Source: Priapulus caudatus (Eukaryota). From it: a DNA stretch of 40,977 bases. Position 1 is the first letter of the stretch, and each line of letters starts with the position of its first letter. The stretch is taken from the NCBI RefSeq assembly GCF_000485595.1, contig NW_014577061.1, positions 554,824 through 595,800 on the forward strand, read 5' to 3'. This document shows, piece after piece, positions 22,120 to 36,231 of this stretch. Both the position numbers and the translations under genes were made by a program. The notes beneath the pieces are model-generated. The model worked only from the letters and a program-made list of their open reading frames with translations, searched no databases and was not told where the DNA came from.

Positions 22120-22367
22120 AGGGTCTATGTCCCCCAGGGTACTGCCGGAACGTACCCTGGGTACGGTCCGGTATACCGGAACGTGCCCTGGTACTATCTA
22201 ATATGCCGGACCGTACCTCGCCTACTCCACTAACGAGTCTAGGGAGTCGCCTACGCCTACTCCCTAACCCTAACCCTAACCATATCAGATAGTTACCAGG
22301 GTACGTTCCGGTATACCTGACCGTACCCAGGGTACGTTCCGGCAGTACCCTGGGGGACATAGACCCT
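22120..22367. mobile_element. MITE with ~85-bp TIRs and (CCCTAA)n core
   Basis: AGGGTCTATGTCCCCCAGGGTACTGCCGGAACGTACCCTGGGTACGGTC... and its inverse ending GACATAGACCCT; telomere-like repeats at 22262-22280. Confidence 0.85.
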
Positions 22368-22789
22368 ATGAGTATGAGCGGTAATAACCTAAAGAAATAA
22401 ACACAAATAAAATAAATATAAATACACTTATCCAGCAATTGTCAATTCCTTGGTTCAAGCAGTTTTGTTTAGTAGCTGTATTATTAATTTCTACAGACGA
22501 CTGACATTTCTAGATGAACTAGTGCTATAAATGTATTGGAACGCTCTTGTAACTGTAAGCTACAACTAGGGCCTACATGTCGTAACTATAATTATGGTCA
22601 AGCAATTATTTATCGCATCTGGTTTCTACCTAGGGCGGCGAGCTTCGGGTGGGGCAAAAGCTGTTAGCGAGCATTTGTTCGGCAATAAATGCAGGCTACA
22701 GCACAATATCAGCACAACACGGTTGTGATATAAATACGCTGAACATAATAAATATTATCTTTAAGTTAGTCATCGAACATGTAACTTAC

Positions 22790-22895
22790 CTAAAAGGGCA
22801 TACTTTGATCAGTATCTTCACATGAAATATACAAGCGCTTTCTTGTAACCTCCATTTTCATTGGAATGGCTGCTCACTTGCTTTTGCGCCGAGAT
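22790..22895 (-). promoter_or_regulatory. Probable 5' UTR exon / start region of gene B with uORF
   Basis: Consensus donor AG|GTAAGT after 22790; AAAATGG (YY1-like) motif; uORF 22861-22790. Confidence 0.55.
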
Positions 22896-23324
22896 TCGCT
22901 ACGGTGGGCGATTATCCAATGGCAAAGGAGCGTGTAGTGCATGCACAGTAGAGCACCGTATCTATGGAGCACCTACGTGCTCTGCGTACAGTTTGGTTTG
23001 GTGCTCCTATATATATAGTATAAGCTATATATAAAATTCAGGACAAATTAAATTATAATATACAGGACAAATCAGGAACATATTAAATATAATGACAAAT
23101 TAATATACAAATTTGTTATTATTAACCCCTGATATACAGGACCGTAGCCTCAGAGGCGTATCTAGGAAAAACAGCGCAAGGGGCAAGTGCTAAAATTGCG
23201 CCCCTTCCAACTTCTGACGCCAATGAAAAAAATTAAGAAAAAAATGCAATGTTGAGTTATTGGTTGTTCCTCCGATTAGGATGCCAATTCTTCTAAACTA
23301 CAGCTACTATCCCAGGTCCAGGTA

Positions 23325-23484
23325 CAGGGCGTGTACAGGATTTGTACCAGAGGAGGTCTAACCGTAACCAAAGTTGTGACCGCGAAGGGGGTCTGAACAT
23401 TTTTGAAATTAGACCCTTTAGATGTTTTCTGCGCGAGCAGGGGGGGGGGGGTCCGGCCCCTGGACACCCCTGTACACGCCCCTG
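23325..23484. mobile_element. hAT-like MITE nested in a truncated related element starting at 23151
   Basis: TIRs CAGGGCGTGTACAGG / CCTGTACACGCCCCTG with GGTA on both flanks; outer element begins CAGAGGCGTATCTAGG. Confidence 0.65.
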
Positions 23485-23624
23485 GGTAATCAACTTGTCA
23501 AATAAAGGATTGAATTATTTCAGATATCATTTTAGTAGGCAGATTGTTTTTTTCTTCTTTGCCTTTTTGGCCGCCCCTGAACATGGCGCCCGGGCACGTG
23601 CCCCTTTACCCATAACAATTATTC

Positions 23625-24055
23625 TGTTTCTTATTTTTTTTTTTTAATTTTTTTTTTTTTTTAAATAATTTTTTTTTTTTATTTTTATTTTATTTTTTAT
23701 TTTTTTTTATTTTCTTCTTTAATTTCATTTTTTTATATTTTTTTTCATTTTTTTTTTAATACTTCTTTTGTCATTCTTTTTTCTTGTTGATGCATTTTTT
23801 TTGTTCTTTTGTATTTTTAATTTTTCTTTGTTATTTTTTTTTGTTTTTTTTATTTTTTTTTTTCTTTTTTTTTTATTTTTTATTATTATTTATTGTTTTT
23901 TTTTATAATTTTCTTTTTAGCCTCTTCGTTTCCTTGTCTTTTCGTTTTTATCTTTAGTATTTTCTTTTATCTTTTTTTTCCTCATTCTTTTACTTTATTG
24001 GCTTTATTTTATTATTATTGACTTTTTTTATTTTATTTATGTTTATCATTTTTTT
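23625..24055. repeat. T-rich low-complexity tract
   Basis: Directly visible. Confidence 0.9.
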
Positions 24056-25611
24056 TACCCCCCGGACATTTTACCCCCAGACAATTACCCCCCCGCCGAC
24101 ATTTACCCCCCCCCGACAATTTTAACCCCGGACATTTACCCCCCCCCCCAGACAATTACCACGGACATTTAACCCCCACAGACAATTACCCCGGGACAAT
24201 TACTCACTGATGTTTTATTATTTCATTGGTTGAGAACAGTGTAAAAGGGAGGACGGTCGAGGAGAGCGGAAGACGGTTGGTGGAGGAGGAGGGAGGAGGA
24301 GAAGGTGGAGGAGGAGGAGGAGAGGAGGTTGGAGCGAGGAGAAGAGGAGAGGGAAGTGATGAGGGGAGGGAGGCGTGGGAAAAGTGGTGGGGAAGAGGAG
24401 GAGCGAGGAGGTGGAGAGAGGGGTGAGAAGGTTGGAGGAGGAAGAGGAGATTGGGTGGAGGAGGAAGGCGAAAGGAGGGGGAGGGGAGGAGGAGGGAGGT
24501 GAGGGAGGCGAGGTAGGAGGAGAGGAGAGGTGGTGGAGCGGGAGGGAGAACGTGGGGCGTAGAAGGGGATGGAGAGGGAGGGGAAGAGGAGAAGGTGCAG
24601 AGGAGAGAGGAGGAGGTAGAGAAGGGAGGATGGTAGGGGTAGGGCCAGGTGGTGGAGCGAGGAGGGGTGAGAAAGTGGTGGAGGAGAGGAGGTGCGAAGG
24701 AGGAGGAGGAGAGGAGGTAGAGGAGGAGGAGGAGAGGAGTAGGGGAGGAAGGAGGAGGAGGAGGGGCGAGCGTGGGGAGAATGGTGAGTGGGGAGGAGGA
24801 GGGGGGAGGTAGAGAGGGGGGGAGGGGGAGAGGTGCGAGGAGGAGGCAGGACGAGGAGGTGGATTGAGGAGGAGCGAGAGGAGCCAGGAAGAGGATAAGG
24901 AAGGTGGAAGGAGGAGGCGGAAGGAGGGGAGGAGGGGGGAGGAGGAGAAGGAGGTGGAGGAGGAGGGGACGTGGGTTTAGAGGTTGTGGAGAAGGAGGGG
25001 TGAGAGTGGAGATAGGTAAGGGAGAGGCAGGAGGTAGAGAAGGGAGGAGGTAGCGGAGGGCCATGGTGGTGGGGAGGAGGGCGAGAAGGTGGTGGAGGAG
25101 GAGGAGGGGAGAGAGGAGGTGGAGGAGGAAGAGAGAGGAGGTGGATGAGGAGGAGGGGAGAAGTTAGGACGAAGGTGGTGGAAGGGACGGGAAGGGAGAA
25201 GGGGGAGAGAGGAGGAGGAGAAGAGGTGTGAGGGAGGCGAGGCAGGTGAGTCGAGGACGCTTACTTCCTCCTCCTCACCAAATTCTCCACTCCTCTCTTC
25301 CTCCTCCCTCAACGACACCTCACCTCAGATACTCTCCTCTTCCCCTTCCTATTCCTCCCTCATCCAACTTACCTTCTCCGTCGTCCTCATAACTCCTCCT
25401 CTAAATGTCGGGGTTAAATGTCCGGGGGTGGGGGTAATTGTCCGGGAAGGGGGAGCGATTGTCGGGGTGGGTAAATTGTCCGGCGGGTAAATGTCCCGTG
25501 GATGATTGTCCGGGCGGCGGTAAATGTCGGGGGGGTAATTGTCCGGGGGGTGTTGTCAGCGGCGTAATTGTCCAGGGGGTGTAAATCGGCATGGGGGGAT
25601 AAATGTCGGGG
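24055..25611. mobile_element. Foldback-like element: inverted arrays of GACA(A/T)TTACCCCC around a G/A-rich core
   Basis: Array 24055-24203 and inverted array 25402-25611; purine-rich low-complexity 24240-25255. Confidence 0.6.
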
Positions 25612-26159
25612 AGTATTTTTTATGCAACTCCGATTTTTATGGCACGGCCGAAGCTAGCAGGGGCAACGGCGGAGGGGGGTTGCCCATATGGGGGGGGGGG
25701 CACAAACTAACGGATACGTGTATCCGTTAGTCTGGGGGGGGGGGTGCTTCTTATAGAGATGGAGAGCCTATATATAACTATTGTTAATCATTTTTTATAG
25801 TCCTCCAAGATAAATTTAGATACTATGTTATATTGTCAATTAGCAATGGAGAACTGCCCAAACGCCCAGAACACAATTAAACCTGTGATTAAACCGTGCA
25901 TGCATGGGTTTGCCTCCCCCCACCCCCACCCGGGCAAAATCACTATAGCTATATATATATGCGCCTCTGACATGAACACCGATACCTATCCAGATATAGG
26001 CCTACACACGTGCGTGCAATAGGACAGACGCATATATAGTTTCCACATCTATGATGCTCCGTACTGTAAACGTACGGCGTGTTCAGACTATAGTCACCTA
26101 TATATATAACGTCGAGCATGACGTCGCATATTTGTGTTCCATAACTGCCGTCGCGTTGC

Positions 26160-26392
26160 GCGTTTTAAATCCTTTCTCAACCACGACGTCCTTCTGTTTT
26201 AATTATGATATCACACGTTTTCAACCGCGATGTCGCGCATGTTCACCCACGACGTGACGTCGTCCTTTTCATTCATGACGTTTTTAACCGCGATGTCGCG
26301 CATTTTCAACTACGACGTCAAACTTGTTCAACCACGATGCGGTGCACCTTTTTTAAACACGCTCTTTTTAACCACAACGTCGCGCGTTTTCG
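26160..26392. repeat. Degenerate minisatellite (TTTTCAACCACGACGTCGCGC-like)
   Basis: About 7 diverged units. Confidence 0.7.
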
Positions 26393-27547
26393 ATAGCCAC
26401 AGATCTATCAAGAACATAGATCCACAAAGATCAACACAAACATGGACACAGAAATTAACCTATTCAAACACACATAGACACACTTCCATTGCTTCCATTT
26501 TCATGCATATTTTCTGAATGCAGAACTAAATAGAAATTTGAAGTAAACTTAACACTGTAGTACCTACAGGCAGTATTTAAATATTTAAATTGTAAACCAA
26601 AATATTCGCGTTCATACCGAAATTATATTTTCAGTTGCCATCTCACAGCAACCATAAAGAGACACCGCATGCAAAAATAGACACACCGGCAGCTATACAC
26701 GTACGCGTACGCACTCACGCGCAAACGCGCGCACGCTCGCAGTCGGACGGTTAGCGCACGGACACCCACTTACACGTACGCACGCAGGCACGCATGAACG
26801 AACACGTTCGGTTACATATCCTATAACATATACATGAGGTAATGGGATTTAATTTTCTTGTCAAGCCATGGCAACGAATATTTTGCACTTATTTCAACAT
26901 AATGATAGGTCATGCGCGAACATCACAATCATGATCTCCCGCGATTTTATGCCCTACTCATGCAGCTCCTCATCGTTATTAAAGCGATTGGTAGGTATTG
27001 GTTGGTATAATAATATATTGTATATTACATTAGTGGACAAAAACCCCTTTCAATTATTAATAAAGAGTGTAGAGGCCCACAACTGCATATTTCGTGTGTG
27101 GCCGCATATCAACTCCTAATGGCAGATTTAAATTATGTTAGTGTTAACTCCGTCATGCAGCTAGGACACCCTATAATTATTAAAGAGAGACATTCAAAAT
27201 AATTTCGTATGCGTAGTGACTGCGAGGAGCAGACTTATAACATGAAATCAGGAACTGATTCAGAAGGACCTTTTTTGTCTTCGTTAGTAACCCAAAGACT
27301 TGGGGGAGATAGAGTAGGTTGATTATAATTAGTTTCAGTTGTCTAATCATCCGTCATTTTTATGTTTCAGTTGTCAGCATTGTCCCACGTCCAATGCCTA
27401 GAATAAAGGTGGCGTCAGAGACAAATGGTTGTTCTTATCTACTTCAACCTAAAATCCCTTGTTTTTGATTACAATCTTTTGTTTTTGATCCTACTTACAA
27501 GGCATATACTTATATCAACATAACAATCAACATCAATTTGAGAATGC

Positions 27548-27553
27548 TTTATT
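27548..27553 (-). terminator. Candidate polyadenylation signal of gene C
   Basis: TTTATT on + strand, with GT-rich sequence downstream on the - strand, about 1.9 kb after the stop. Confidence 0.45.
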
Positions 27554-29425
27554 CAAATCCTCACAGTCATGCAATGCAATCAGGTATAATGTCAAGTATT
27601 ACAGTAATAATTCATGTTTGAACACTGTTAATATGAAAACAATGTCACTAACAAAATAATATTTTCCAATGAATTATATTGATGTAAAAGTTACTATATT
27701 CTCCATGAATAACATGCAAGAGTATTTACATTCCATGAAACATATTGAAAAATGAAATGACAAAAGGCATGCAATCGACCCTCTACCATTCCACAATCAT
27801 CACTATATGGCATGTTGTGTTATCAAAAAACATTTATAATTATTATAGCCATATTATGCTTTAGCTGAGTTGCTGTACTATCAAATAATATAAAATAACC
27901 TAAATTTTTCAAGCATTTTGAATCAATTTTACCCATGACCTTATTAATCATATAAACTTATTCTTTCCTACAGAAGTAGTAAACCAATAAAATATACTAG
28001 TGTTCATCTTAATGATGAATTTCTGGATCAGTTCTAATATACCATGCTAGTACATGTAATACTGATTATAAAATAACACAGTGTCATATCTTCTATAAGT
28101 TATGTTCAGTACTAATTGTGTATCATGATCTTGTACATTCACAATACATTCTTAAGTGAAAAATGAAACTCTCAAAGTCAGAAACTGATACAAATTATGT
28201 ACATTAATGACAGTAGTGGAGTTATGTCATACTCACCAACCATCGCACCACTGTTTTTACCGAAAAGATGGATGCTGTAATTATATCTCTTTCTTAGTAT
28301 GTTTTTGGTACCAGGTTGCAGACAGCATGCGGAAATTGCTGTATGCCTTTAAAATGACGACTTCATATAGTATTAAACCCGCACATAAATGTCAATAATA
28401 ATGAGATGTTCTAGTGTAGAATAATATTAGGAGAACATATATTATAGATCAAACAACAATAGAAATTAAAAACCTCTTATTTTAAGTCTAATTACGTAAC
28501 AACATGCACTTAGTTTGAACAACGTGTTACTTGCTTGCTATCGGCTGTGCTTGTTCGTCTCAGTAAGACTAACAGCTTCTCCCAGCCACGTTTCTGCGCC
28601 GAGCTACAAGTGTTAAGATGCACCAACCTCTGATTATTTATCTGTGGCAGTACGCAGCCCAAAGCACCATGTCTATATCTAGAATATCTAAGCATTACTA
28701 GCTAGCAAAGAAAGCGGCTTATGATAAGTTCTGTGTATATGCTAATTATGTTCTATATAAAGATAGATACTGATAATCAACTGATACCAATTCCAAACAG
28801 CGTGAATTTAATACTCAATTAAAGTGTGAAAATGTCACCGAGTATCAGATTGTTGCTTCTTTATGCACTTCTAGCTAGGCTGCGGAATGTTGCACGAACA
28901 GTCGGGTGGGTCTTATTGAAACGAGCAAGCATAGCCGATCATTTGTAAAATACTAGATTATTCAAACTACGTTCATATCGTGATACTTAGTGCGATTGAA
29001 ACTTAGACTTCATTTCTAGTCTTTATCTTTGTTTGCTCTATAGATTATGCACCCTTGACAACGTTATGTAGTGCACTTTCCATTTGTGCATTATATTAGT
29101 TTCTGGTCATGAATTGGGGGAAAATTTCCCACAATATTTTATAATAGTGAAAATTGAATATAAAAAGGCTAAAAATGGATTGAAACAAATTTGCTTCGAA
29201 AACCGCCTTTGAAGATATTAACATGAAATTGAAATTTAACTCACTCTTCTACTTCCAAACTCACACTACATTTCTCCAGATGTCAACCTGACAACGTTTG
29301 CACTACAAGTTGCACGAACCACTTCGCTAGGTTCCACTTCAAAAATATAATTCTTTCATTTTCCTCCACACACACGTTACCTGTAAGCTCGACTACACAC
29401 TGCAATCGTGCGTCCCCCGCCACCA

Positions 29426-32400
29426 CTACTGCTGGATGAAATACACGAGGCGGTGAGAGCCGTCCGGTTCGCTTGGTATCATCGCCGCGACCGCGACCGA
29501 GTCGCCGCCCTGCGGGTCGGGCGGCATCAGCTCGGTCATCGTGATGTGCTGCTCCTGGTGGTGGTACGGCGTCGTCGTGTGCGTCATCTGCGCCGCCGCC
29601 GCCGGCGCGCCGTTGCCGTGGTGCTGCGCACTGTAGACCATGTTCTGCGGACTCGACGTGTGCATGACGGACACGGCCGGCAGCTGCACCATCGTCGGCA
29701 CATGCTGCGTGACGACGTTCTGTCCCGCGGCGGCCGCGGCTGCGGCGCCGATCAGCACGTTCGCGCTCACCTGAGATGTGTCTCCCGCGGCGAGACTCGC
29801 CAACGTCTCGGCCGTCTCCTGAGCGCTGCCGGCGAGGTGCACGCCGCCGCCGCCCAGGTGTGTCATGACGGCGACGTTGCCCTGCTGTGCCAGCTGGTCC
29901 ATCTCCACCATCGCTTCGACGTCAGCGAGGGTCGGCTTCTGCGTCAGCGGGTGGCTCTTGCCCATGTGCTCGTGCAGCTTGCCCATGGTGATGCAGCGAA
30001 ACGCGCACTGCGGGCAGTAGAACTCCAGCGGCTTGCCTGAAGAGCAGACAGTTCGATTCGAATTACGTCATTTACACATGTGAATTACATTGTGGAGATA
30101 ACGTATCAGTTAAACAAGTTAATACTGATAAAATTACAACAAATGAAACTACATGACAATTCAGACTTTCAGTATAACATGTGAAACCTGAGTAGTAAAC
30201 TTTTTGTTGGTTTACTAGATACTGTATACTAAATATATTATCACTGGCAAATAAGATATAAATGTGATATTTTAATTCATTACCAATTGCCGTGACAGGG
30301 AACTCCTTATGAGGGAAAATTTTAAAAACAGCGCATTGATAATTAATTCCTAATTAATTTGCCCCAAGTTCCCATTTTCAAAAGTTAGCTGCAATGATAT
30401 GATATGTAACTGACAAAGCTATTTTCCTATAGTACATTAAGGGTCAACTTAAGGGTCATCATTCTCAGACTATTCTCAGCAGGGTGCAGAAAAACATGGG
30501 AGCGTGCATTTAAAGCTAAAACATAATAATTAAATCCCCCTTCTCTGATTGTGCTCACCTGGATGTTTACTTTTCATATGCGCCTTGAAGGCAGTGGACT
30601 GGATGCAGGCGTAGGTGCAATAAGGACAAGCGTAGGGTTTCTCCCCAGTATGTCGCTTCTCATGACGTAGCAGATTGCGGTGCTCGTACGTAGCAAATGT
30701 ACAGTGGTGACACTGGTAAGGCTTGTCCCCTGCACACAAGTAATACAATGATGTACCGTACCACTTAATAATATGAACTCACTAGTTTTGTGATATATCT
30801 AAGTATGTATCCATACATGCTTACCATCCAACAAAACAACATGCTTATGCCATAAATTCATCTAATGCCGAGTGCTCAAGAAATGTAATGTAAAGAAATG
30901 CTGCACAAATGTAACCACAATCTCTCTTGAATACAGGGACGTGTGCACGAGCAATATATAAATACCTGTATGAGTTCTTGTGTGCGCTATGACACGAGAC
31001 TGCCGGCAGCTGACATAGTCACAATATTGGCATTTGAATGGCCGCAGCTTTAAGTGCATGTAACTGTAAAGAAGGGAATACAGAGCTATCATGCATGACA
31101 AAGCAAAAGATGAGTTATCAAAAACAAACTAAACTCGACCAAACGATACGGACGAAGCAAACACGGTGAACAGGTTCATCTATTATTGAAATTACACAAA
31201 CTTTTTGGCAATGTAGAAAAGCCATTTTTTTAGTTTTTTAGTCAAATTTTTATAGGCTATCTAGGATAGAAGCATTTCACTTACCGATGATGCTTCTTGA
31301 GGCTGTTTTTATCTGCGAATGTCTTTTGACATAGTCCACACATGACTGGCTCACGTTTGGGTTGCTTGCGCTTCCCATTGCCATGAACATTAACCTGCCA
31401 ACCAAATCCCAGAAATAGAACACTACAGACACTATTTTAAAAACACCACAAAATGGATTATACTATCCTTTATATGGCCAATAATTACCACCAATTTAAA
31501 TATATAATTATCGTCAGCAACATCAGAAATAACGCTGCTAAAAACATTTCAAGTGACGTCATTTCTAACACTATCATTGATAACGTTAACCGTAATGCTG
31601 CTGAATTAATACCGTAATTAATTATTAATTATTACCACAATTAATTCTGTAATGCTGCATTACGCGACCGAACATACCTGATGCTGCTGGAACAGATGAC
31701 GGTTCTTGAAGGCCCGCCCGCATTCCTCGCACGCGAACGGGCGGTCACAGTTGTGCGAGGGCTGATGGACAAGCATGAAGTAGGACAGACTCTCCGTCTT
31801 GTAACCACACTGCTGGCAGTGGTACAGACCAGAGTCCTTCTTGTGCTTCATCCACAAGTGATTCTGGAAGATCTTCCAGCGCGTGTTCGAGTAGTTATTG
31901 CACTCGGGACAGTAATACGTGATCTCGTTTTTGCGGTGGCACTTCTTGTGGTACTTTTGCTGCTCCAGACTGCGAAAGACTCCCTTGCAGTGCTCGCGTG
32001 GGCAGTGGTACTCCCACGACTTGCTCGGGTCGTCGTACACACGCCGCTTCCATCTACGGTCCTTTATTGGCTTCCCGTTCTTCCCGATCTTCTTCTTCTT
32101 CAGCTTCTTTTTGGTGACCTTTGGTACAGGCATCTTAGCCAGCTCCGACTCGTCGGTAATGATGATGTTGTGCTCCTTCTCCTGCATTAATAAACCAATA
32201 GATTCATTGTAATGTATAACTAGTTTATCGACTAATAAATTAATCTATAATATTGAACATATATATTTTGTTGGCATACTAGATGCCATATAGTTAATAA
32301 AGTTCATATATCTATTTAAACAAGCAACCCACTAATTCATCAAGAAATCTGCAATGTTTGTTTAGTGTCATACTTAAATGCATAAGCAGACAACAGATGG

Positions 32401-35400
32401 AAAAATGTATTGTTTTGATTTCATTGTACTTAGCGCCTACAATATGAAATAAGAGGTGAAAGAGAATCAGAACATCATTATACCATGTGTTCCCTGCACA
32501 AGAATGCATTAGTGAAGCTGGCACCACACTCCCCACACATGAACACATCCTCTTCAACCTCATCTTCTTTATGGTTGCTGTCTTCCTCTCCCTCAGCTTC
32601 CTCTTCTACTACGTCATCCTTTCCTCCTATTTCCTCCTGCTTCTGAATGCAAAAAACAAGCTAAGTGAAACAAATTTACCTTTACCACTATCTATACTCA
32701 ACCTAACAAATATTTATGATAGTGACAGTAACTATGCACGCATAATTGGTATATAAAAAGTACGTATTGTTCAAAGTTGATACTACTAGTTCAAATATCC
32801 TTTCGCACACATGTTTAAAGGCTATTTCTCAGTATCGATTCAAACTATTTTGACAATTAAGAAATGTAAATATATTAAGATATACTGACACACTTGTATA
32901 TAAAGGTTCTCTGCAGGCCTACCAAAATCAGAGCTCACGCTTCCTTTCCATTGCGAATTTGCCCTTACCCGTAATCTAACCTCAGCGATGAAGGAACGTG
33001 ACACGCGCCTTCCTCCCAATCGAGCCTCACCTATGGCGAGCGTGTGATACACTCACAGCACCTTCACTTAGAAACCATGGAGACGTGCGCACCTGTATGA
33101 TCACCGCCGTCAGACCGTCGGTTATGACAGAAGCTGCAGCATCTTCTGGCTGCTGCACTGTTTGCTCCACCACATGCTCCACCTCTATGGTCGCACCCAT
33201 CTGCTGCTCTTGCGTTGTCGTCGCAATCCTCTGCTGGTCCCAGGAGCCCTGCATCATTTGCCCTTGAGGCTGATAGATGCCTGACACGAGATAAGAAACA
33301 CTCCTATTAGTTTTATAATTTGGCATCACTTACACCTCGCAGTTATCAGCCCAATTTACGTAGATAACTCGCACCAAGCTTGAGTCATGTGTAAGATTGA
33401 GGAAACCCTGATGTGCAAACGTCCAAGCACAATACCAAATAATTTACATACTTGCTTGACCTGACACTGAACCTGTTTTCCAAAACAGCAACAAATATCT
33501 TTTAAAGAAATATATAGCATTTATTGTTATATTTTTAGGACATGCGATCCAGCATGCATTGAATTGTTTAATTAACCTTCATTGCTCACACTTTCCATCT
33601 AGTATAGATTCGCACGACAAGCAAAAAACACGAAAACCTACACAACATCACGAACTGCTGCCAACAACGAGTTATCCTGCTCTGATTTGTTGTGACACAC
33701 CACAATTAATAAAGCATTAAGAAAAAATTAATCTAAGTAAATATCAAAGCTCCTTAACGACATAAAGCAACACTCACTCCTCTCATAGTCATGCATCTGC
33801 TGCGGCAGACAGTTCTGCACTAGCAGCTGCTGCTGCAGGATGTTCTGGTGCATGCCGGGTCCCTGCAGCTGCATGCCGTGGTTTAGCGGCACGATCACCG
33901 CCTCGAGAGGCACCGGCCGCGCGTAGGTCTCCATGTCGTTCACCACTAGGCTCTGTGACGTCACGGGCACCGCCCACTGTTGCATGCCAGTGTGCTGCTG
34001 CTGTTGTTGTTGCTGCTGTTGTTGCTGCTGCTGCTGTTGTTGTTGCTGCTGCTGCACTTGACCAACCTGTTTATGATACTCAGGATATCAGTATAGTACT
34101 ATGAAATATAGTAATATAGACATTACTATCATGTTTAAAATCAATAAATCATTGTCACCATCATCATACTCATCATCATTATCATCACCAAATTGGTTGC
34201 AATGCACTTAATTATATTTCTTATAGCTGTTTTACTAGAACTATACTTGTAATATCGACAACACCACAGCATTGGACGCTACATAGCAATAACAACTATA
34301 GTATATAGGTATAAAAGCAGCAAAATGCCCCAAAATCAAGTTGAAAGTACAATAGCACATGGCAAACAGAAAAATTCATCCAAGTAAATATTAAAGCTCC
34401 TTAACGGCATAATTCAACTCTTACTAATTGAGGGAAGACTGTCAGCCATAGACATTCCACAGCATACCACAGATTCCATTCAATTGACTACGTCACAAAT
34501 ATTCTATGGTGTATATTTGTACAATTTTTGTTGCAATTTTTTTACATGAAAAGTAAGTACTAACGGCACTAAATGTATCCTCAAATTCTTACCTGATAAG
34601 ATTGTTTTTCAACTAGTTAAAAATCCAAAATATCTGGGCGATTTGATATATTCATCACGACATTAAATGCTTGCTATGGGCTATGTATGAGTCATGAGTG
34701 TTTCCACATCCAATGGAATAGCAAAATAGGAAGTATAATGCAGCAATTTAACCATAAAAAGTGAACAGAATCACTTACATTTTGCGACAAAGTGGACATG
34801 ATTTTTTTACTTTTACTATTTATATACTTTTTAGTATATGAGTATCCTTGCCCACTTTTCTTCTGTTCGTAACTTTTGAAGACCCCCCCCCCAAAAAAAT
34901 AGGTAAAAAAAGCAACAAAATATACTATAAAGAAAGCTGCGCACATTGTCTGCAACAGGAGCTTCAACATGATTATAAACCTGCTGAACAGTGACCCTGC
35001 GACTGCCGTACGTCCTCTCCGGAGGGGATTGCCGGCTAGCATGGACAGGAGGAGTGGGCTGCAACTGTCGGTGCACAGTACCGCCAGTCTCCTGCTGGGT
35101 AGGAGCAGGTGGGATTTCTCCTGCAAGTACATCAGTGATAGTTGGTGATAGTTGGAAAGCAGAAAGTTTACTTTACGTATTCAGTTCTGGGTGTGCATGT
35201 GGTTGACAACAAACCATTGTCTTCGCTTGTCAAACAAACATATTCATCTGTATGTATATATACAGTAGAAGTCCAAAAATCCGGACCATCCGACAACCAG
35301 GACTTTTAGAAAACTCTCAAACTTTTTTGTTTCGTTAATAAAATTAACCTAAAAATAAATAAATAATTTGTATAAAATACCCCTTGCAATGCTGTCTTTA

Positions 35401-35546
35401 TGGCAGTATCGGATATGACTGAACAAGCCAATCTTATGCTGACTGGTAAATCGACAAAATCGACACTTAAATGATGTCACGATATCCACAAACTCATCCA
35501 ATTTCATCTTTCCACCACTGTGGGTGGATTGTGCCTGTGCCTGCAT
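29426..35546 (-). CDS. C2H2 zinc-finger transcription factor (gene C), 11 fingers, polyQ, no ZAD; about 811 aa; paralogue of gene B
   Basis: Phase-consistent coding exons: 35546-35381, 35120-34981, 34066-33778, 33280-33093 (alternative donor 33057), 32642-32484, 32181-31678, 31394-31285, 31063-30966, 30729-30559, 30036-29426 (TAG). Split fingers join correctly (CGEC..REHM|EKEH; CEEC..QHQ|VNVH; CGLC..KHHR|YMH). Confidence 0.9.
33994..34054 (-). repeat. Coding polyQ tract of gene C
   Basis: About 20 CAG/CAA codons. Confidence 0.9.
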
Positions 35547-36231
35547 CTTCGCTATTTGCCTCCTTCACTGCAATAAAACGAAAAAATCTATTCATTTATC
35601 TGCATTTTCATATCTAAAACCAAGGCATTTCTGACTAATCTACCTTCATGATAGCTCACCCACTTAGTTATACCACGATCTACATTGAAATACTTGCCAA
35701 AATTGACCCTTTCTAGTTCTAACTCGGACAGTGTGTCATATATATCCTACCTAATTAACTATGCCACCTCCATATACCACCTACTTCCCATTTCATGCAG
35801 AAATGCGGCTTTTACGGTAGATTAATATGATTGTGTGAAAAAGTGTGCTAACTTTTTACGCAAGTATAACATAGAATTAGCATAGTATTTTTGTGCAATA
35901 ACTTTACACCTGCACATTTGATGAGGAAATTTGGCCAACACTGATGTTCTCTAACCTCATATCCAGCCACATGATGGCAGACAACTCTGTACAATTTGTG
36001 GATAGGTGTGAAAATTAAGTTCTTGGGTAATTATATAGGGTTAATCAATTTTTTATCCAACTAATTTTACTCTAACATTAAAGCCCTGCCAATTCTGCAG
36101 CAAATTAAGTTTGTCGGTGGTCAACATTATGAACAGTTTATTAATATTAGGTAGGTTGTGAGCAGGATCTAACATGTACACTATATACCCTCCAATCCAA
36201 AAATAACTCTGGACGTACACAAAATAACAGC

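Noticed and set aside
24055..26392. Short repeats with variable spacing resembling CRISPR arrays
   Set aside because: Degenerate units, no unique constant-length spacers, no cas genes, eukaryotic context.
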